Positions 39,578 through 52,289 of a stretch of 64,000 nt of DNA are shown piece after piece. Origin of the DNA: Octopus bimaculoides (taxonomy: Eukaryota); NCBI RefSeq assembly GCF_001194135.2, contig NC_068985.1:103176735-103240734 (forward strand). The letters are read 5' to 3'. Below the pieces are notes generated by a model. It was not told where the DNA came from, did no database searches, and saw only the letters and a list, made by a program, of their open reading frames with translations. Each line of letters begins with the position of its first letter. Positions within the stretch are counted from its first letter, which is position 1. A program made the position numbers and the translations under genes.

Positions 39578-39991
39578 CCAAGGCAGAGTTGGCAGAGTTG
39601 TTAGCATGCTGGACAAAATGCTGAGCAGCATTTCTCCCAACTTTTCATTTTGAGTTCAAATTGTGCCAAAGTCGACTTTACCATTCATCCTCTTGGGGGT
39701 CAGTAAAATATGTCCCAGTGAAGCACTGGTGTCAATGTAATTGACTAGCCTCCTCTCTGCCTTGTGCCTATATTAGAATTATTATTATTATAGCAGGGCG
39801 AAATGCTTAGCGGTATTTTGTCTGCCGTTACGTTCTGAGTTCAAATTCCGCCAAGGTTGACTTTGCCTTTCATCCTTTCGGGGTCGATTAACTAAGTACC
39901 AGTTATGCACTGGGGTCGATGTAATCGACTTAATCCCTTTGTCTGTCCTTGTTTGTCCCCTCTATGTTTAGCCCCTTGTGGTCAATAAAGA

Positions 39992-40074
<83 letters not shown>

Positions 40075-40255
40075 GGCTGGTGAGCAAGCAGAATCATTAG
40101 AGCACTGAAAAATGTTTAACTGTATTTCTTCTGACTCTTAACAGTTCAAATACACCCTGGGGCTATTAAAAATAAGCTCTAGAACTGGGGTTGATCTAAT
40201 TAACTAACCCCTCCCCCAGCAATTACTGACCTTGTGCCAAAATTGTAAGCCATTA
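39578..40255 (+). mobile_element. Cluster of three SINE family D copies (tRNA-like head plus gactttgcctttcatcctttcggggtcga central domain)
   Basis: Copies start near 39578, 39790 and 40074, each after a (CAT)n or (TTA)n run. The central block resembles the Nin/MESC-type conserved SINE domain (inference). Confidence 0.82.
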
Positions 40256-40757
40256 CAATTTTCTCTTTAAGCATTGGATTTAAAATCTGGTAGGATCAAT
40301 TTTGTCAACTCTCCACTATAATATGTGACCTTGGTAAAAATCATCCAAATCATTGTTACAATTATAACCTTTTTAACGAATACTTAAAGTATTACAAACA
40401 GCAAACCTTGGAGCTGATGCATTACTGCATTGAGTTCAGTGCTTTACTGAATTTTGATATTGTCATAAGTAGCCTGCTTGGATTGGCCTTTACAATCACC
40501 AGATCTCAATATAATCAAAGATTTATGGTGTTCTTTATCTCTCATTCTTCATGTTGTTGGGGCAATAGACAAAAATTACAATAATAAATCGATGTTAATC
40601 CAATTAATTTTCATCATATCAAAATTGGGCCTGTGGCTTGTTGAAAAAAAAAAAATACAGCATACCATTACCATTCATCATTAGATCTAAAGCTTTGTGT
40701 ATGTGTGTTTGTGTGTGTATATATATCAATATATATATATATTGATATATATAAATA

Positions 40758-40791
<34 letters not shown>

Positions 40792-40837
40792 TATTTATTT
40801 ATATATATATATATATATTTATAAACAGAAACAATTA

Positions 40838-40886
<49 letters not shown>

Positions 40887-41379
40887 GATGCATACAAAGA
40901 ATTGACTTTGATAGCCTTATTGATATTATCATTTTCAATGATACCATTATTATGATATCGTTATCTTTACTACATTATTTTGAAACTTCAGATTTTCCCT
41001 TAAAAAAATTTTCTTCTTTCCTCTTGACATAACACCAATATAGACTGCAGGTAGTCATTTCTTTAAAAATATAGTTTCAGGAAAAGAAAATTCTGACTAC
41101 TTAGCATCTTCAGTCTTTTATTCAGGAATTAATGTGTGATTGGCTGGATGTATATATATCTATGTGTGTATATGTCAATATACCTGGAAATATGTCTTTA
41201 TATATATGTATATGTATTTGTATATCTATGTGTACATACATGTATACGATACATGTGTGTGTATGTGTGTGTGTGTATATCTATGTATCTATATCTATGT
41301 ACCTACATGACTATATATCTATATGTATATATAGGTTCATATTTGTGTATTGATGTATATGTATATATCTGTTTGTGTG

Positions 41380-41432
<53 letters not shown>

Positions 41433-41843
41433 NNNNNNNNNNNNNNNNNNNNNNNNNNNNNNNNNNNNNNNNNNNNNNNNNNNNNNNNNNNNNNNNNNNN
41501 NNNNNNNNNNNNNNNNNNNNNNNNNNNNNNNNNNNNNNNNNNNNNNNNNNNNNNNNNNNNNNNNNNNNNNNNNNNNNNNNNNNNNNNNNNNNNNNNNNNN
41601 NNNNNNNNNNNNNNNNNNNNNNNNNNNNNNNNNNNNNNNNNNNNNNNNNNNNNNNNNNNNNNNNNNNNNNNNNNNNNNNNNNNNNNNNNNNNNNNNNNNN
41701 NNNNNNNNNNNNNNNNNNNNNNNNNNNNNNNNNNNNNNNNNNNNNNNNNNNNNNNNNNNNNNNNNNNNNNNNNNNNNNNNNNNNNNNNNNNNNNNNNNNN
41801 NNNNNNNNNNNTTATATAAATATATATATATAAGTATATGTAA

Positions 41844-41913
<70 letters not shown>

Positions 41914-41942
41914 GTAAATATATGTATATACTTATGTAAATG

Positions 41943-41987
<45 letters not shown>

Positions 41988-42515
41988 GTGTGTGTGTGTG
42001 TGTGTGTAAATATATATATTATAGATATATATTTATAAATATTATATATATATATTATGTCATATGTAAACAAACTTAAGTTTGTTTTTGGAGCGCTGAA
42101 ATGTATTGTAGTACAAGTAGAAAGATATATTTTACAACGCGTAAATACTGATAGAACAGCATACATGGGATAATATCCCTTACAGAGCAGAAAAATCTTC
42201 AGCAACCAGCCATTTGAAACAAACTCACATCCTGGCTGGTTCTTCTACTAAAGCCATTCAAAGCTGTGCTCCACCAAGAGAAAATAATTGCTATTGTTGA
42301 GGGGAAAAATTGTGGTCATAAACTTTTATCTAAGAGAGATGCTGAAAGGTTTTCTGACCTGTCATCTGAATTAGTCACACCAACTGCATGCATGGTCACA
42401 ATATATATAAACACTCATACACAAACAAATAAATACATATACAAACATATACTTGTGCCTAAGAGTGCATGCACACCCATGTGTATGCACACACACACAC
42501 ACATGATGATGATGA

Positions 42516-43138
42516 TCAGGAGTGGCTGTGTGATTAGAAGCTTGTTTCCTAACCACATGGTTCTGAGTTCAGTTCCACTGTGTGGAACTTTGGGCAAGTG
42601 TCTTCTACTATAGTCTCAGGTTGACCAAAGCCTTGTGAGTGGATTTGGTAGATGAAAACTGAAAGAAGCCCATTGTATATATATATATATGTTTGTGTGT
42701 ATAAGGAAAATAACACAAGGTAGAAAATGCTAAAATAATTTTATCATGAAGTACATTTTAGTACTAGTTTCCATCTTTTTAGACTTTTTCAACTAAGAGT
42801 AAAATAAGAAAAAACAATTAAATTGGAGAAAAAAATTAAGTGAAATGTTTTGTAGATATTTCAGACACTCACAAAGGAATAGAGACAGAGACAGACTGTC
42901 TGAAAACTATGAAAATATCTACAAAACATTTCTCTTAATATTTTTCTCCAATTTAATTGTTTTTTCTGATTTTACTCTTAGTTAAAAAAGTCTAAAAAGA
43001 TGGAAACTGGTACTAAAATGTACTTCAGTATAAAATTATTTTAGCATTTTCTACCTTGTCTTATTTTCCCTATACATATCAACTTGTGTGTTATTTTGCT
43101 ACCTTCTACATATATATATATATATCTATATATATATA

Positions 43139-43191
<53 letters not shown>

Positions 43192-43380
43192 TTGTGTCTG
43201 TGTTTGTCTCCCCATCACTGCTTGACAACTGATGCTGGTGTGTTTACATCCCTGTAACTTAGCAAAAGAGACTGATAGAATAAGTACTGGTTTACAAAGA
43301 CTAAGTCCTGGGGTCAGTTTGTTCATCTAAAGATGGTGCTCCAGCATGGCCACAGTCAAGTGACTGAAAAAAGGTAAAGA
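42516..43380 (+). mobile_element. SINE family A interrupted by a fold-back element in its internal microsatellite
   Basis: Head about 42516-42690 and tail about 43180-43380, separated by the palindrome at 42698-43076. Confidence 0.85.
42698..43076. repeat. Fold-back (MITE-like) element with ~165-bp inverted arms
   Basis: 42698-42863 is the reverse complement of 42910-43076 with about ten differences by eye; the spacer is about 46 nt. Confidence 0.92.
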
Positions 43381-43384
43381 AAAT

Positions 43385-44760
43385 ATGCACCAGCACACAC
43401 ATACATACAATAGGTGTATATATATACCCACACACATTGTGTATAAAAAGAAGTGGTGGTGTGCTGGTGGATTATATAAAACATGCAAGGTAAAGGCAAA
43501 AAGAATAAAAGAAATACGAGACAACAAAAAAAGTTAAGGAAATATGTAATGGTACAATAAAAGTGATACAAAGGAAATAGCCAGAAACACCGAAAATGAA
43601 AGTACACTCTGAAATATACATACATTCTATGGCACATAGACTGACCTGCACACAAATGATTACTGTGTCGTGCACAAATTGGTGTACATCATCATCATCA
43701 TCATCATCATCGTTTAACGTCCGCTTTCCATGCTAGCATGGGTTGGACGATTTGACTAAGGACTGGTGAAACCGGATGGCAACACCAGGCTCCAGTCTGA
43801 TTTGGCAGAGTTTCTACAGCTGGATGCCCTTCCTAACGCCAACCAACCACATGTGAGGTGGAAAAGTAAGGTTACAAATAATTTGGAAATACCAGAACAG
43901 AGGAGAGGTAGGAGAATTAAATTGGAAGGCGTATGGGTGCAAAATTAGCATTTGTACTTTAAGAATGTTTTAGATAATTTATGTTTACAATTGATAAAAA
44001 TGTCCTTGCATTTTGTATTAAGTTATGTATATGCCCAGATAAACAAGCACTGTTAGCTTTCGCTTCTTAATATGAAATTCAGTGCAACATTAAATGGTCC
44101 ATTGTAATGCATGCCAAACTATATAGCAGGTACGGCAACAAGTGTGATCTCTGCATTTCAGAAATCCTAACTATTATGCAATGCTATGATGAAGTAAACG
44201 AACGAAGTGACCTTATTATCTACTGTAAACATGAATTATCTAACACATTCCTAAAGTACAAATGCTTATCTTTCATCTCAATACCTTTCTGTTTAACTCT
44301 CCTGGTTCGATATTCCCAAAGTATCTGTAGCCTTATCTTCCCACCTCACATGTACATCGATTTATGTGCGATGCAGTAATCATTCGCTGAATGCAGGTCA
44401 ACCTATGTGCATTACAACGTATGTATATTTTAGAGTGTAATTTCATTCTCGGTGTTTCCTGCTAATCCATTTGCATTACCTTTACATATTTCAACTATTT
44501 CTTTTATTTGTCTCATTATATTTCATTTTTTTTTTGCTGATTCCTTCCATGTTTTATATAACCCCTCCTTTTTTTCTCTACACAGATATGTGTGGGTGTA
44601 TACATACCTATTGTATATATAGATGTGTACATGTTTGTGTGTATAAGAGTGTATATATATATATTTATGGGTTGTGCACATCTTAAGGCACATGTTTTTT
44701 ATGCATTTATGTGTGAATGAGTGTTTACGTAGTGTCCATGTACACGGTGTGTGTATGCAT
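43385..44760 (+). mobile_element. Penelope-like element remnant: GIY-YIG endonuclease C-terminus (about 44040-44260) with an inverted copy of its 3' region upstream
   Basis: NIKWSIVMHAKLYSRYGNKCDLCISEILTI...VNERSDLIIYCKH fits the PLE C-terminal W..Y..C.LC..E..N.R.E..C.H pattern. 43385-43690 aligns in reverse orientation with about 44350-44650. Confidence 0.75.
43687..43846 (-). mobile_element. Repeat family C (short)
   Basis: Near-identical to 30697-30850. Confidence 0.88.
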
Positions 44761-45038
44761 GTGGTATTTGCATGAATGCATGAATGTATGTATGTATTCT
44801 GATGTAGGTGGGCAGGCTGTTTGTAATGGTACCTTGTATTTCTACAGTGAAAACACCAACCCTTTACTTTTGCTAATTCAGATGACAAGATTCTAGCAGT
44901 CAGCAAATTCTTTTGTCATCTCTCTTAGATAAAAGTTTGTGACCACAATTTTTCTCCTTAATGATGGCAACTATCTTTTCTCTTTTTTCTTTCTTCTTTT
45001 TTCCCTTCTCTCTTTTTCTTTATACTCCTCAACTTAAG

Positions 45039-45360
45039 TGGAGGCACAATGGCCCAGTGGTTAGGGCAGCGGACTCGCGGTCATAGGATCATGATTTCGA
45101 TTCCCAGACCGGGCATTGTGAGTGTTTATTGAGCAAAAACACCTAAAGCTCCATGAGGCTCCGGCAGGGGATGGTGGTGAACCCTGCTGTACTCTCTCAC
45201 TACAACTTTCTCTCATTCTTTCTTCCTGTTTCTGTTGTGCCTGTAATTCAAAGGGTCAGCCTTGTCACACTGTGTCACGCTGAATCTCCCCGAGAACTAC
45301 GTTAAGGGTACACGTGTCTGTGGAGTGCTCAGCCACTTGCACGTTAATTTCACGAGTAGG
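45039..45360 (+). mobile_element. SINE family B, cut by an assembly gap
   Basis: Same head and body as the 32949 copy; it ends at the N run. Confidence 0.9.
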
Positions 45361-45744
45361 NNNNNNNNNNNNNNNNNNNNNNNNNNNNNNNNNNNNNNNN
45401 NNNNNNNNNNNNNNNNNNNNNNNNNNNNNNNNNNNNNNNNNNNNNNNNNNNNNNNNNNNNNNNNNNNNNNNNNNNNNNNNNNNNNNNNNNNNNNNNNNNN
45501 NNNNNNNNNNNNNNNNNNNNNNNNNNNNNNNNNNNNNNNNNNNNNNNNNNNNNNNNNNNNNNNNNNNNNNNNNNNNNNNNNNNNNNNNNNNNNNNNNNNN
45601 NNNNNNNNNNNNNNNNNNNNNNNNNNNNNNNNNNNNNNNNNNNNNNNNNNNNNNNNNNNNNNNNNNNNNNNNNNNNNNNNNNNNNNNNNNNNNNNNNNNN
45701 NNNNNNNNNNNNNNNNATATATATATATATATATATATATATAT

Positions 45745-45835
45745 ACTCTCTCTCTTTTACTCTTTTACTTGTTTCAGTCATTTGACTGCGGCCATGCTGG
45801 AGTAGCACTTTTAGTCGAGCAAATCGACCCCAGGA
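45745..45835 (-). mobile_element. SINE family A, extreme 3' tail only
   Basis: ctcttttactcttttacttgtttcagtcatttgactgcggccatgctggag...gaccccaggact. Confidence 0.85.
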
Positions 45836-45867
45836 CTACCTTTACTCGTTATTCTTTTTTATTTCTT

Positions 45868-46078
45868 ATAAACTGTGAATTTCCCTGTCTAGAAGTTTCA
45901 TACATACTCACTTTGTCTCTGATGATGGAATACCCAGTATATGAACATGCTAGCCTATCACTTTGGATATCCCAGAAACATCTGTAAGACTTCAAATTAA
46001 CCTTACCCTAATTAAATTATTATAAACAACTTGAGATATCCGTACTGCTTTGGTTTTTGATGTCCTTTTCCTCTAATG
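45868..46078 (+). mobile_element. Short non-coding repeat carrying a hammerhead ribozyme (copy 1)
   Basis: Aligns along its length with the reverse complement of 60608-60845. Confidence 0.8.
45915..45990 (+). ncRNA. Type I minimal hammerhead ribozyme motif with intact catalytic core
   Basis: Stem I GUCU(45915-18)/AGAC(45987-90); CUGAUGA(45919-25); stem II UGGAAUA../..UAUCCCA; GAAA(45975-78); stem III ACA-UC-UGU; GUA triplet with predicted cleavage after 45986. Activity is untested. Confidence 0.75.
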
Positions 46079-46409
46079 TATTCATACATATATATAAATA
46101 TACACACACACATACACATTTATGTATGTCTCTGTGTGCATAATGTCTAACTCCCTTATCTACTGCAGATAAGGTTGGACAATTCCTGTGCTGATGATCA
46201 GGATGAACCATATGTCCATAACTGTACTTTTACCTTCAGACAATAAGCCTGTCATTTTTCTTTAATGGTAGACCAACTTATCTCCCTTTCTCATGGAGAG
46301 CTGATCTTAATTGCCATTAAAAGAGAGAATTCTATTAAATCAAGAATTTATGTTGTATGGCATTTCATACATCTGCATTTGTCGCTCTCTCTCTCTCTAT
46401 ATATATAGT

Positions 46410-46486
<77 letters not shown>

Positions 46487-46595
46487 GTGTTATCCATGTT
46501 ATCTTGGGTCAAGAGGGGACTTTGCACCATCCACAGATCTGGTACGTAGCCCTCAACAGGTTGTTTTGTAGGAACCTTCAGTTATGATGTATCTT

Positions 46596-46765
46596 CATCA
46601 TCATCATCATCATCATCATCGTTTAACGTCCGCTTTCTATGCTAGCATGGGTTGGACGATTTGATTGAGGACTGGTGAAACCGGATGGCAACACCAGGCT
46701 CCAATCTAATTTAGCAGAGTTTCTACAGCTGGATGCTCTTCCTAACACCAACCACTCAGAGAGTA
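46596..46765 (-). mobile_element. Repeat family C (short)
   Basis: Near-identical to the 30697 and 43687 copies. Confidence 0.88.
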
Positions 46766-47767
46766 TATATAATGCACTGAACCTGAAATCTCGTTTCTTT
46801 AAAAAATTCAATTTGTTTTTTACTTTTTAAATGTATTAAGGCATTCTTTATAATGTTGAATTTTTAGTCAAACTGAAGTTTTAATTAAAAATCATAAACA
46901 AAACAATATAAAGAAAAAACATTTTCACTGGTGAGACAAACATTGTTGCACTTAATATTATTCAATATTTAAGCCTCTTGTAATGGTAACTGGAAGCACT
47001 CACTGAATTCTTATATTTTAATAAATGTTTGAAACACTATATTATTCTCCAGAGTGTGACAATTTGTGTGCAGGCCTCTTGGGATCTCATGTTTGTATGT
47101 GTTTTTTAAACACATCTGAGGTTCTGTGGCATTGTCATTGTGGGGTACATAATATTTAGATCCTCTCTTCATTTAGCTCCAAATTTGATAGTAAATGAAT
47201 GATAAAAAAATTACTCAAAAAATCAAAATTTGACTATTCCTGTAGAGGTATAAATTTTCATTCTTTTCTTTTTTATGCTATTCGAGTTCTTATTTAGCTT
47301 TGAATCAATCTATAAAATCAAAAGTGTTATTAAGGATTGTGAAAAGTCCCTGACAATTTTGCATTTGAAATTTATTGATTACTAGCGACAAAACATTTTT
47401 TAAATTACCTGATTTACACCTTGAGTGAGAAACGATTTTTAAGTGGCAAGATGCTTGTGTGTTGAGTCTTATATACAAAGGTTGTATCTCACCAGCCCAT
47501 AATCATAACCAAATTTGAGATTTAGTGGCAAATTCCAAGACCTACTGATAGAGTTGAATATAGATATACAAACCGACCACCAGTCTGTTTTACCTCAGGG
47601 AACTATTCCTGTGCTATTGTAAATATCTTCAGCTAGCTGATTGTGTCATTTGCAGTTAATGATGGGATATAAACTTGTAATAATTGATATTCTCTGAATT
47701 CATTTGTTTGCCTTGTGAATTCTTAAATCAGGTTACTTCACTATGTACATGTGTGTCTGCATGCTAT

Positions 47768-47960
47768 ATCATCATCATCATCATTTAACTTCTGCTTTCC
47801 ATGCTGGCATGGGCTAGATGGTTTGACTGGAACTTGAAGCTGGAGAGCTGCACCAGGTTTCAGTCTAATTTGGCGTGGTTTCTACAGCTAGATACCCTTT
47901 CTAACACCAACCACTCCAAGAGTAAAAAGCACACCAATGGGTGCTTTTTACGTGAAACTG
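47768..47960 (-). mobile_element. Repeat family C, diverged
   Basis: (cat)n-ttaacttctgctttccatgctggcatggg...ttctacagctagatacccttt. Confidence 0.7.
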
Positions 47961-48419
47961 GAGACAGCCACAACTACAATTTCACAGATGCCATTTACAT
48001 GACACCAGTAGCATCCATTACTATGATTTCACTTTGCTTCACGAGTTTTTTTCAAGCACAGCATATCACCAAAGGTCTCTGTGAGGCCCAACATCCGAAG
48101 ATTATGCTTCCAGGGTCTACTTCTTCCACAGGTTCCTTCCACAGTTAGAGATGGGCATTTATATTTGTGTATGTGTGTGTGTGTGTGTGTGTATAAAGTC
48201 ATAAATGACAGAGAAATAATTTAATAAAATTTTATTTAAAAACATGTAGATAATTTATATTATCATATTCAATGATAAATTACTTACATGTCTGCATTAA
48301 TGCAAAATGCAAAAAAATCTTTCAAAATAATGCAGAATTTAAGCTGTGTCCTCAGGTACTTGCTACATCCTTGCTACTGTATGTGTGAGGATGGATATGA
48401 ATGTATGGGAGATGCTAAG

Positions 48420-48540
48420 AAACCTTGCCAGATCAGAATGGAGCCTGGTGCAGCCTTCTGACTCATCAGTCCTCAGTCAAACCGTCCAACCCATGCCAGC
48501 ATGGAAAGTGGACATTAAACGACGATGATGATGATGATGA
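48420..48540 (+). mobile_element. Repeat family C, 3' end
   Basis: gtcaaaccgtccaacccatgccagcatggaaagtggacattaaacgac(gat)n. Confidence 0.8.
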
Positions 48541-51500
48541 ATGCTTTCAAATCCATAGTTCAGTGAGGCTGCTACAATATTTCATTCACTGGAATTGTGG
48601 GTTCAAGTCTAACTATATCAAATTTTCTCTTAATCTGAAAATATAGATGGAAGACAGTATGTTAAGATTTGCTGGAGGTTTTCTAATATATTTATGCTTT
48701 AACAGAATAATATTTTTAATAGATTATGTCTTCAGTTTCATTCTGTAGTTTAGATTGTTTACTTCTTGACATAGAATGCAGCTCTCAAGGTAGAAGAGGT
48801 GGCAAGTGTACATAAAGAACAATAGTTTGCAGAGTTGTTGTCTCCTAAAACCACACATTCAGTACTATGTGTAGACTTTTATACTATCTTTAAGTATCAA
48901 ATATTTTTTAAAAATACAATTTCAAAAAAATTATATTTCATTGTTCTCTATAAACTTCCACCTATCTACAATTTTCAAAATAATCATAGAATTTCATTGG
49001 GCATTTCTAGTGTAATTATAATGTAACTAAACTACCTGTCAGTACTGTGCTATATTTGAAAATCCACCTATTCAATTCAATTAAGTTTAAGCCCTTAAGC
49101 GATGTTAAAGGGGTGTTTAGATATACAGGGTGGTTTAGAAGTCCCTTTAACTGTATGAATGGAGGCAGTAGACAAATTTTTAAATCCTTGAGGTATGGCA
49201 TTCAGTGGGGGCCAGGGGTCAGTGGGGTGTTTAATGAATGCCATGGGGCAGTGGGTGAAGAGGTATGAAGCAGTGATAGAGATAGGGAGCAATGAGTAAC
49301 TCTAATCACCTCTTCTGTTAACTAGTTTGTTAATGCCAAAGGGTCTTTTGAATAATTGCATATATTTTCTTAGTAGGTATTAGTGGGATACTATCTTTAA
49401 TAACATGTTTAAGCTCTTGCATTGGGACTGTTGGCTAACTTGGTTATAACATAATTGCTTTGAAATTGCTCAGGAAATGTCCCCTAATTTATTTCTTAGT
49501 AGCACAACACCTGTGTAAAATTCACTGCACAATTTTGGACAATATAATGTTCCAGTAATGGTTTATCTAAAACTCTGATTGTGTAACTCTGAGTAGAAAC
49601 CACTTTTAGTCAAAAAGGATATGCTTCACTTTACAGAAAATTAGCTAATTTACATATTGACAGTTTGACAGCTGTTGAACATTTTCTAATATTCCAACAC
49701 AACATGATAATTAGAAAATTTAGTATGCTACAGGTATCTCTAATATATATGATTCAATTCCAGTTGTTTTTGTGCTTAGTTAACTTTTTTGTGTGTTAAT
49801 AAAGCTTACAACTTACAAAATTTGGTTTAGTAAAGTCCATTTCTATGCCGTAATGGTGTATCAGAAAATCAGTATAATTGAATGGGTTATAGTTGAAAAA
49901 ACAGATTTCTATATATCAGGGATACTTATTTATGAGAGGCTTAATTAGTTAATCAGTAGGGTCCCCTCTTTTTGCATAAGATAATATATCAAGTGATTGT
50001 ATTGTCTTGTACTTCTTAAATTTTTCAGCAGAAACTCTTATGCAAACTACCTTACAGTGTGAAAATAAATGCATTCTGAATATGATTATATTTTGTTCCT
50101 TAAGAACATAGTATATATTCCTTCAATACTATTTTCACTGCAGGACTAAACACAAAATTGTACTTTGCTATGCCAGATTTATTAATTTTCATGCAGATTT
50201 GGCGTTTTACTAACTTGATTAATCCTTTTGTTCTGTTTCAAATGTTTTGTTAGTCATTGTTGTAGAATTGTAGGCATGATGTGAGTTTCAGTAGGGTACA
50301 AATCATGGAAAGAAGGTTGGAAAGTGATTATGGGGTATATTCTAAATTTAGCAGTCTTTAGCATTTCTAACACTGATGGTGACCTCTGACTCATGATATT
50401 CCAGACAAATAGCTGGTCATCATTTATATAGATAAGAAAAAAAAATACACTATAATATAAGCACATGTCTATAAGAGGCTAGCTAATTTTAAATAGGGTA
50501 TTTTTTTCTTTGTTTTCTACTAAAAAAGAGCTCCAAAAATATATAAAATAATTAAGTTTACTAATAATGAATCTTTTATTCAGTGTTGAGATTAAATATG
50601 TATTAAAACAAGCCCCAATGAATAAGAGAAGTAATCTAAATTTACAAAGTAAAATGTATGCTTAAATTTGAATAATTTTGAATATCTCTTGCATAATTTC
50701 TGAAGAAATTAAAAGCTAACATTTAGTTCTCTTTGTTCTATCCAGTCTTTTGATTCGTAGAGAAATATGTATTGTTGTGGTTTTTGTTGCTTGGTCCTTT
50801 CCACAGTCATCGAATGATAAGAATTAAAATGAGTAAAGGAGAGGAAATCAAATAAAAACATGTTGAAAATCTCTCTCCCCCCCGTCCTTCCCATGTTATT
50901 CTTGTAATTTCTGTTGTCTTGTTTTGTCTTTTTATTTTAACTTTCTTTAGAGAAAATACAAAATTTTTTTTCTTTGAAGAAATAAAGATGATGATGATGA
51001 TATATTGAATAATGATCATTGCTAGAGTAATGGTGGCTCTTTAATCAAAATAATATATTTCAATGATTTCAGACAGATTTTATTCATTTTGAACTTTCTT
51101 CAGAAATTGTTAGAATTTAAAATCTGATTAACTGATAACATGGTTTATAGAAAAAGAATAAATAAATGCATTAGGCAATATATTTACATTATAAAAAGCC
51201 TAAAAATCATTTGCAGCACACAATTCTTATTTCATACATAATCCTCCTTTGTAAAATAAATATATACTTAGAAAACATATTGCTGCACTTTACTTCTTTG
51301 TAGGACTTTTTTTGTGTGTTGGTAGTGGTGGTGGTGGTGGCAGTGTGGTGAGGGAAGTTAAATTCAATTGTTGATTTATTTATTTTATATTAGTTTAGAA
51401 TTATTCCTATCAATTCTCCTGAATTGGATGGTGATAACAGTTTGAAGAACTGTCACCTGTTGTAGGTTGTCTAGGATGAGATGTATCTTTCATATAGTTG

Positions 51501-52289
51501 ATGTATACAAAGAGTATTTTTTATGAAACCTAGATTTTGGTAATAACTACATACATAGAGGCCAGATAGATCTTCCTAGAAAACTAAGTTAGGATTTTAT
51601 TTCTCAAATCAGTAATGATTTTTTTTAAAGTAAATATGTCTGTATACTGATGTTTGCTTTTTAGTAGTATAACATATTGGTTGCCTGTCTTTTTTTAATA
51701 TTCAAATACAGGTTTTGGCTTAGTATTTCAAAGGGTGCTTATATAATTTAGATACTTAGGATATATTAAAGATTTTATATTTTCCAGATTATTAAATTGG
51801 AAAAAAAAAATTAAGTATATTTACATTATATTTTGATTGATTTGATTTGATCATCATGATGTATTTTATTCATGGAACCTTTCTTTCTAAACTAAGGACA
51901 CCACTATTAGTTTAGAAATAATGATTTCTATTTTTTCTACCTAGTGTTGCATGGCATACACATCCAGAAATATGATACTTGATGGTGGTCAACAATTAAA
52001 ATGTAATTTAAATCTTAGTAATAAAAACTAGTCTCAGTCTTTTAAACTTTTAACTTTAGATGTATGTTTGTGCAGGAGGTGTATTTTTGGGAGCTGTTCT
52101 TAGTGGTGAAAGGACTAACTGTAATTTAAAATGTAGAATGTTCTTTTACAGAATATTTCTTTCATTAATTCAGAATTAATATAAATGATTATAATTTGTG
52201 GAATGAAGTATTGTAAATAAATTCATGCATTATTCAATCCCTTCATAATAAACTAGAAGAGCTTAGATTATATGCTTTGTGACAAGCAA

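Noticed and set aside
49121-49157. tacagggtg...ctgta mini inverted repeat, and a lone Tc1-like end near 26545-26575
   Set aside because: Too short, with no associated transposase that I could translate.
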